DNA of 57,360 bases, counting the filler, from Sphacelaria rigidula (Eukaryota), in the NCBI GenBank assembly GCA_964200075.2. It is 7 parts of 7 records of this genome, joined end to end, with 100 filler letters (N's around TTAATTAATTAA, not from the genome) between each part and the next. Parts side by side here need not be neighbours in the genome. Positions count along the whole stretch, not along the records: positions 41,045 to 49,152 come from CAXNAA020012273.1; positions 49,253 to 57,360 come from CAXNAA020012274.1; 5 more parts are not named here. The stretch is one strand, 5' to 3'. Below, in pieces: positions 48,865-57,360 of the stretch. Each line of letters starts with the position of its first letter. Positions within the stretch are counted from its first letter, which is position 1. A program made the position numbers and the translations under genes. Under the pieces are notes generated by a model. That model had not been told where the DNA came from, searched no databases, and saw only the letters and a list, made by a program, of their open reading frames with translations.

Positions 48865-49794
48865 CTGCGGCACACGTGCACGAAGCGCGACGAAACGGCT
48901 TGGATTAGGGAAGGCCGACAAATCTCGTCCGACGGCATGCTTCGCCAGTTTCCTCCACACGAAAAATTCAAAGGAAAGCAGCTACAACTGCTGGTCCAAC
49001 ATGCGCAAGAGCACCATGGATGCACCAACATCAAGTGTAAACTGTACCCTGCGTGTACCCTGCCACGGATACACCACTGACACTTTCTACGATGGGCCAC
49101 CCCACCCCCCCCACCCCCCCCCCACGGGCAAGCCCCCCAAAAACCCCACACANNNNNNNNNNNNNNNNNNNNNNNNNNNNNNNNNNNNNNNNNNNNTTAA
49201 TTAATTAANNNNNNNNNNNNNNNNNNNNNNNNNNNNNNNNNNNNNNNNNNNNAGCCGGGACGGAGCACGCCGGGTTTTCGCCGGACCAGGCTCGTACTCA
49301 ACCACCAAGCTCGAAGCGCCATTTCGTGTTCGGCGAGTCGCGTGAAGGGCGAACTGCATCCTGCTAAGATTGTTCGGCCCAACGCCTAATGATTGTCTTG
49401 CATTCGGATGACAGCCTACAATGGGTTGCTTTATTTTCTGGTATCGCCACTTCCAGTGACAGCCACAGCTTATACCCTGCCTCATGGGTGTTAGGGAGGG
49501 GGGGAAGGTTTCTTTGACGGTTACGATATCTTGCATACATATCAAGGATATGTCGCATACTACTCTGCGCTAGATCGAAGCCTCTCAAAACCACAGGACC
49601 TTGTCCATCGTGAACGGTCATGCATTCGAGGCGAGAGTGTTTTGACCCCACCGGAGATGGTTTGGTGTACACATAAGTCGGCAAACAAAAAACGCCACGC
49701 ATTCGTCTGGGCTACTTCCAGGATCAACGGAGGGGCTCAGTTGCTTGTTATGATGACGAATAATGCGCTTGGAGCAGTGCAATCCTTCTCTCAC

Positions 49795-52700
49795 CAGTCC
49801 ATCTGCCGTCACGGAGCTCGTCCCCAGGTCAATACGGGAGGCATCACCCGTGGTTGAATCCACCAGGTAGAGCGCGGACATGCCGGAGTTTGAGATGATC
49901 AGCTTCGAACCGTCGTCAGAAACCTGACAAATTCGCGAGTGGAACGGTTCAAAAGTCCAGCTCAGGACACTAGCGCGGACTTGGCAAGGATACCTTCACA
50001 AACCCCCAAGGACTGACGGTACACGAGCGTATGCCTGATGACCACGACTGGTACAGCAATCATCCACACCAATTTTTGGTATTCTATGAGAAAAAGCGGT
50101 GAATCGTGCGCGCACAACAAGAACACTTTGACACGATGATAATGCTGGCTGCTCTAACAATGAGCTCTTCGCGTTTTCACCTCCTCACGAGCCAAAGTAC
50201 GATGAAAATAAAAGCAAGGCCAACTTACCACGATACCGTTACCATTAAAAGTTCCCTCAATAAAATCAAACCCGGCGCCGAGCGGGATGGTCGTGGCAAC
50301 CGTCGCGTTCCCATTCAAGGGCTCGCCGTTGGACTTCAGTGGTACCTGTACAAGTTGTGACACCGAACAAGCAAAGAGGAATTCCTTGGCGTTTTCTGTG
50401 TGAAACCTGAACGTCGTCTGGTACGCGACCTTGACCCCGTGATCAGCTTGGTGCACCAACAATGTTTTGGGCGGATGCCGTGGTTCGTTCGACAGTTGTC
50501 TTTATTCCTGCCCCTTATCAGAAGACATGACCTCATGAGCAGGTGAAAGTCGAGATTCCGTTCGCGTACATCTCTTGATACCCCTCACTTGCGCCGGCTG
50601 AAATCACTCCTTAGACACGTCTGTAAAATGTCTCGAGAGCGCACGTCTCATGAAATCCCTCCCTCACGAACATGTGCGCATGTCTGGAATCATCAACTCC
50701 CATGTTAACGTCTTGACAACTAGCTCACGTGCACGATTCTGGATCATCTCCATGTACAGGCGTGAAAACTCGACGTGCCTGCTACGTGACCTTCGTCTCG
50801 CCACATCTCTTTCGGCGACCACATTCGCGTCTGAAAATTTCGTTCACTCACCGAGTAGAACTGCCTCTGGAACGAGTCCGTGAAATACGCGTACTCGTCC
50901 GCCACAACGACATCATTGATGAACGCGCCGCCGCTGGTGTCGAGTTCGACATCTAGAACCAAGTTGAAGTAACGGTCGTAAATGCGACCCGTGCCTGGTG
51001 CATGCGAGAGAGGAAGGAACAGAGCGACAAGAGCACGCATATTTTTTCGATGAATGAAGATATTCGAGAGGCGCTGTTTCGAGATCGAAGATGGGGTTAG
51101 CTGAGTGAGGCGGGCGAAGGATGGGCTCGGCACGGGGGAAGATAACAGTGAGGCAAAACGACACCATCAAATGAAATTGAAATGCTTCCATCCAAAACAG
51201 GTTTCACCTGGAGTCTTCACCGCGAGTGCAGGCTTTCCGTTGCATTGGCACCATTCATCTCATTTTTCAGGTGTAACTGATGCCGATTCAACATATCGCC
51301 TACCCTCGCGGTCAAAGGTTTTAAATAGTTTCTTCATCCAGTATTCTTGCCACCTCGTTGGCCAGAGCAGCAAACATCATGATTGCGGCGTCCAAAGCCT
51401 CAGATACACCTGTTTCAGACCTTGTTTACCGCGGAAATATCACACCTTTACGCCACCTCGTTCTCTCTCTGATGGTGCGCACATTTAGTTGCAGACAGGC
51501 ATTATTCGGTTGTGTGCGTTGGCTTGTCATTCCGGGTAATGGTGAATCTGGGGGGTCAGCGTTGACACCAGTTGCGCAGACGTGCACATATTATAAGGGA
51601 GACGTGCACACGCGTGAGGAGAAGATGTGTTCTTGTCACATCACGTGAAACCGCTCCATGACATGTCAACCTGTTGGTCGGTCCTAGACTATTCTTCGTC
51701 TAGTTGTGGGCGATCGTTGCGGCACTCACACGAAAGGACGCCCGAACAAACCTGCGGTGGTCCCTGAAACGTACAGATAGTCCGTTCTCCTGTCGTAGTC
51801 AAGACCAGCGGCCGAAATTCCCAAACCCGAGCCGTCCAGTACCACTTCGCCCTCGCCAGTTTTCAGATTTCCTTTCCAGATAGATCCGTCTGGCCACGAA
51901 AGTAGTTACGGGAAGAATGAAAGGTACCTTTAAAACTCGTTCATGAATGAGGACAACAAATCAGGCATGTCAACTCGTATAGTTTCAGGGGCAGATATAT
52001 GGAAGTGATACACTAAAAAGTCAACGAGTCCGCGTTCTTCAGACTTGAAGAATTATTCACGCAGCGATACGACTGTCCGGGCACCTCGCTGGCACTTTCA
52101 GGCAGCGATGAAATTTGCGCCGGTGGATCTAGGCATTCAGAGTCCCTGTTAGTAGGTGTTTTTTTTCCGAATCTCGTGAAGGGTCGGAGCCAAATTTCCC
52201 CACTTTTGCACCATACAAGAGCCCAAGGGGTACAGATATCATCTCAACCGTCTGATATTAATAGTCAAGAGCAGAGATGTCCCGGTTCGACACGCTGTGA
52301 TCACAACATGCACCTTACCAATGCGAGTGCCGTGGCGTGTGCCCAAATGTCTGTCTTCGGAGCACACAACAACAGGTGCGCTGTTCGAGGACATGATCTT
52401 CGTGGGCAAGTCTGCCTGCGCTGTACTCGACACTGTTGTCCTGCCTGGATAGACACTGCTCTTCCGTGTGACCAAGTTTGCTGTGACTGTGGCCCGGGTG
52501 TTCTCGGTGGGTTCAAGTGTGATGGTGATCTTTCGTGCGCTGAGCGCAGCGTGCTAGCACATAGGACACATGAGCCCTCACAACGCCACAAGGGGAATCT
52601 TCTTCCCATCATATAGATGAGAAGAATTGTGCCAACAATCGCACGCTCCAAAGACACATCGGTACTGTTGAGCGGGAGCGTTGACTACGTACGCCCAAAA

Positions 52701-53220
52701 GCTGTCGAGTGCCGGAAGTCCAAAAGAGTCTGCTGGGGTCTACCGCAGGTTCAAGCTGTGCACGCAGTGCGGACCCGCACCTCGTGAACGACCATGGAGC
52801 TCTTGGGCTGCGGAATCATTGGTGCAACGCAGTTGGAGTATGATCGGTACAAAGCACGCGGCAGCTCTGGCGGATGTTTGAAATTTGACACGTGTTCAAA
52901 TCAACCTTGTCGGCTAGAGTATTCCACTATTGCGGGGTGAAATTTAGCGCTGACATTCGACGCCAGAAAAATTACCCGCTGGTAATGGCTCTTAGCTGCG
53001 AGAGGCACCCATAGGTCAGCGGTAAATGATGCTGTCAAAAAGCAACGGGAGACCCTCGAGACTCACCAATAACAGATCCTACGTAGGCCTCGAAGGGATG
53101 ACCGATCGTGATGCCTTCTGGTCCAAAACCGATGGGCAAGTCGATGACTTCCGGCCTGTCCACGGCGCTCACGATTCTCAACAGAAGCATCATCACCGCG
53201 CTCGCTGGTATCCTCGCCAT
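49795..53220 (-). CDS. Secreted SMP-30/gluconolactonase/YvrE-like six-bladed beta-propeller protein, 3'-partial; exons 53220-53067, 51889-51752, 50994-50852, 50345-50229, 49923-49795
   Basis: Hydrophobic N-terminus, then LPIGFGPEGITIG, DGSIWKGNLKTGEG, FINDVVV...AYFTDS, FNGNGIV, ADGL. All junctions are GT-AG and phase-compatible. Confidence 0.88.
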
Positions 53221-53562
53221 CTTGTTGCTGGTGTTGTTGATGAAAGAAACACGACCTGCAGTGGTCGGACGAGGCGAAGTGTGGCAAAAAACATATGTAA
53301 TCGAGGGGCACGTTGATGCAATCGATCAAGTATAAACCTGCAGCTATTATAGGGTGTTGGGTTTGTTCGCTTCATCACTTCCCTCAAAATACGGAACAAT
53401 TGTGGTTTCTGGCCGTTTCCATGAGTACAGTACTTTGTGACGTTTGCTTACATGGTGTAAAAAAAAACTGGACCTGCCAAGATCTCTGCATTCTTTCGGG
53501 CACGTGCGGCATTGCTTCTTTCCTGCGTATGGACTGGAGGTCAACGAAAAAAAGAGAAGGGA

Positions 53563-53610
53563 ATACTCTTGCGCTTACCCCAGCTGATACTCTTGCGCTT
53601 ACCCCAGCTG
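53563..53610. repeat. Perfect 24-bp tandem duplication upstream of the propeller gene
   Basis: ATACTCTTGCGCTTACCCCAGCTG twice. Confidence 0.9.
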
Positions 53611-56600
53611 CAACGTCTCAGCTGTCCACTTGATCAATCTGTCTGTAATGCGGCTCGATTGAAACACCCCTGCAGCCCGTCACAAATATACGTCACACGC
53701 ATTTTTACTGCCGGAAATCGCTCCCGTCCGTTACCCTAGTTGGATGAAATTGACTGGCTGATGGTGTGATACCACCATCACCTTTGTATACCGAACCGAC
53801 TGTTCTGCAGCGTACTGACTGCGGGGTACGGTGCTCATAGAGTGCAACACAAACCACCTGCCTCACAAGCATGAGATCAAAGGTTGCGTAGCAACTACCG
53901 TCATTCGCGGTGGTGCTCGATTGTTGGCAGGGCGTTACTGTGTCATCGCATCGACTGCTAATGCGGATGCTCTCTGGTTGCTGTGCGAACTTGGTAACAC
54001 AAAAAAAACACAAAAAAATATGGTCGTGTTCTGTACGGTATACCCGGAAGGGGGGGAATTTTTGGTTGGCATACCAGACTACATCGAAATGTTCGGTCCA
54101 CATTCCGGTATCTCTCGGCGGAGTATAGAACCCGGTTTCAAGGACGTCGCTTTGGTTTTAAAGGATATTTATCTATGAAATGTCTCTTTTACACATCTGC
54201 AAATGTGTATATCCTACAGACCACATCCTTACTTTTGAAAACAATCACATCTCCGTCGAGCTTGAGTTTGATCCTTTTTCCCGTCAAGGTGGGTCATCTG
54301 TTGAATTCGTTTCATTTTTTACTTGAAAAATGAGTGCAACACCAAGATCGCCCACCCTGGAGAACACGCTCCGAACGAGTGATGGCTCGCAGTGGCTTGA
54401 GTCATACAAGTCACGGGGGAAACAAAACGGGATGAGCCTGACTCCAATCATTCAGGTCATACGGACATCACTTGCAGCAAAACCGAGGACGTGTATCACT
54501 CGAGTCCTGCGGGTGATTACCGAAAAACGAGGATGAATATTACTCTAGTCACATGGGTCATTCCGAGAAGTGACAAAACAGTTCACTCGGGCCACACGAG
54601 TCACCGATTTAATTAGCTCGAAATAAATGCCAAAGCGTTCGAGACGTGGATCTGAATCGGCCTCGTTGGACATGTTGTGCCTTTTTACGTTGACACACCC
54701 ATCCCTTTCTTTCAGATTTTGCATCTGTTTGTTCTGGGAATGCTGTCGACGGCCGGCCCCCCTGTGCTCACGGTCAACACCCAGTATCATTTCCGGCAAG
54801 CAGGGGGTAATGTGTCAATACCCGCACAACTCGCCAAGCACGAGCAGCATGGATTAGATGAACAGATTCCATAAACCCGGTGTGAGTAAAATATTTCCTG
54901 ATGACTTTGCAGATGGTGCTGCGAGTGGGGATAAATCGCAACACAGCCGCTCGCGACTCACTCGCATTTGACAAAAGGCCACACTGTGAAGAACAGAGCA
55001 TGGTTGCGGCGCTTCGTAATCTCGGAGAGTGAGGCGCTTGCTTACGCGGTATCATGCATCGCGAACAATGCAATACAGGATCGTACAACATCAATGAGGC
55101 AAGTATGGGGTTTTGCAATTCTTTCGTGTAATGGTAAGCCACGCGCCGGCGTGGTCAAATGGTGTATATCAACTGTAATCACCACGTCGAGAACATGGGA
55201 TTCGAGTCCCGAGAGGGTCAATTGAGCTTTTTTGTCGAGTTTCTGATTTCCATCGATAGAAACGCGAGAACGTGAGCAGTTAAGAGAGTTTACTTGGCAA
55301 GCGTCGACGCGATGCGAGCGTGTCAAGGCAATCTGCGATATCAAATTGCAAGTCGTGTACCGGGAGAGAGATGCGTTGATCCCGTAACACCACGGACTCG
55401 TCCCGACGAAGGAGGGCGCGGTGTACTCATGATCTTGTATGCCATAGTCGAAGGGGGTGGGAGGGTGGGGAGAGAATAACGCGGCTAACGTCACACCCGA
55501 ATTTGACGTGCTACAGTAGGGGACTGGCACCATTGGAACTGACGTTTCGAAGAGTGGGCATCGCCATAGTACGACCAGCAACATTCGGTACACGAGTATA
55601 CATGGACACCCTTCACACAGAAGCACCAACCTTTTGACCGCTAGGATGGACCATCTAGGTTTCACTGTTCATTTTTCAAGTGGAAATGGTGCCGATTCGA
55701 CAGATGGCCTACCCTGGTGGTAAGGTCCCGTGTGAACGGGGCCCGAAAAAACATCCTCAGAAACTTGTTCGGCGATTCACACGTATGAGTGGTGGCCACG
55801 ACACTGTCGCGCCCTCCCTCAAAAGAGATCGTCCAAAAATGACTTTTTGAGTTGGCTCTCTGGACTTTCTCAAAACCATTCGGGATAAGGCAACTACCCC
55901 TAGGTGTGGGAGTGTTAGTCTCGGGAGCCACGGACTTTGGTCATGGGACGTGCCTAGGCAGTCCGTTCTTGTGTGAAGGGAGACTCTACGGTAGAGAGGA
56001 GAAGTGCCTCGAGAGGCCACCGTGACAGGTGCCACCTCGCGTTGGAGCATGACTTCTACTCCGGGGATGGGATAGACAATGAGCCGAGGGGATTGACTAC
56101 TGTTCCAGAGGGAACGTTCCCGGACCTATGCCGGGGACATGAGCATTCATGGAACGGAGCGGAGGGATCCATGAGATGTTCTCGGGAACTATGCCGAGGG
56201 AGGTATGGTCCCGTCGCGGTTGTGAAAACGTGGGAGACAAGTGGACTACCCTGATACTCACATTCGGGTCCTTCAATAATCATTTTGCTAGTACAACAGG
56301 AACTATAACCGCGGTGCATTGGAATTATCACTCCATCTGAGAGCCTACAGTTTCCTCGAGACAAGCTGCACGAACATACTGCACCATCTTCGCTATTTCC
56401 AAAAAATTCTTGCCTCTACCGTTCAGTAGAGCAGTAGCTTGGCGCTTCGTTTTAGGGTGACTACCTTCACCTTCGGTCCAGTGAGAGGCCAAGCCGCGTT
56501 TTCCTCCCGGCAACAGTTTTTTTTCGTTGGGTGTGCATTCTTGAGATGGTCCCTTCATCGTTAGTGGTGAATCAAATGACTTCTCCAAAGCCCGGGTCCT

Positions 56601-57360
56601 GTTGTGACACGGCCTCATAGCGCCCGAGGCCTTCTACTGTATTCCGAAATGCAACCGAACGGTCCTGCGGACATGCAGAGTATAGAAATTGAATGCGTTT
56701 GTGGTCCCTGGTAAATCAGACACGAATTCAGTATTCCTTCTCTGAGATTGTGGCAAGTACAGCACTGTATGCCCAAAGTTGAGCGCAGATATTGGAGTTT
56801 TGGGGCGTCGTCGGTTTGCTGCCAAGATTCTTACAGCGACTCGCCCGAAGGCTACGACTCATGAAATATCAGCGCACGCCATGCCACGTGCGGTGGTGGC
56901 ACGGTCACTGCTCATGGTAGTCTTCACCCAACCCCTACAACTCTACGGCATTGGATTGTGCTCAATACGAAAATGACTTACATGTGGTTGGCAAATACCT
57001 GGCGAGCCCAGCTGCCTGATTTTATGTTGCCGTTGTATCGTGAAAAAATATTCAAATATTTCGATCCCCCCAACATAGCCAGGGTAAGGGCCTGTCTTGG
57101 GGCGTGTCTTAGCACTTTTTTTTCGATCGAAAAAGTGCCATCGAAGTTTTTTCTGCCCATCTGATAGGTTCGCCGCATTTATGTTACTCGAAGGCTTCTA
57201 CTCAAATTTACAATTAGCGGCGCGCGGAGAAGAATGCAACAACTGAAAAAACATTTTTTTCGATCGAAAACATGCAGTCGAAAGGTACGAAGCGGCACTT
57301 GACTCTTGTCTCACAGACCACCACGCCAAATTACACCCGTTCACAGGACCATGCAAACTC

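Overview
Eukaryotic nuclear DNA (~50% GC, GT-AG introns of 0.3-1.2 kb between short exons, TTAGGG repeats). The style suggests a brown alga/stramenopile, but that is inference. The window is seven contigs joined by six identical 100-nt spacers (44N-TTAATTAATTAA-44N), so adjacency across gaps is not guaranteed. Most of it is transposon-derived: two related, degenerate Ty3/gypsy LTR retrotransposons (1327-5792 with both LTRs, a GGTCC TSD and a chromodomain; 26941-~30590 truncated), RTE-like and other LINE remnants, a pogo/Tigger-type transposase remnant, a hAT-type non-autonomous element with a nested piggyBac-type MITE, a tRNA-derived SINE family, many MITE/foldback families, a C-tract-bounded dispersed repeat at most contig ends, and an intact intronless CCCH-finger ORF resembling a Ngaro/DIRS-type gag. 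Three host genes could be partly reconstructed exon by exon: a MacroD-type macrodomain protein with an acidic tail (+, 42850-46961), an MscS-family mechanosensitive channel (-, 47381-48864) and a secreted SMP-30/gluconolactonase-like beta-propeller protein (-, 49795-53220). I found no CRISPR, rRNA or intact tRNA, and no new biological system can be claimed with confidence. The best leads are the non-TGG primer-binding site shared by both gypsy copies, the C-tract repeat family, the GAG-ended MITE with 4-bp TSDs, and the CCCH ORF. All family assignments come from motif recognition by eye, not from database searches.
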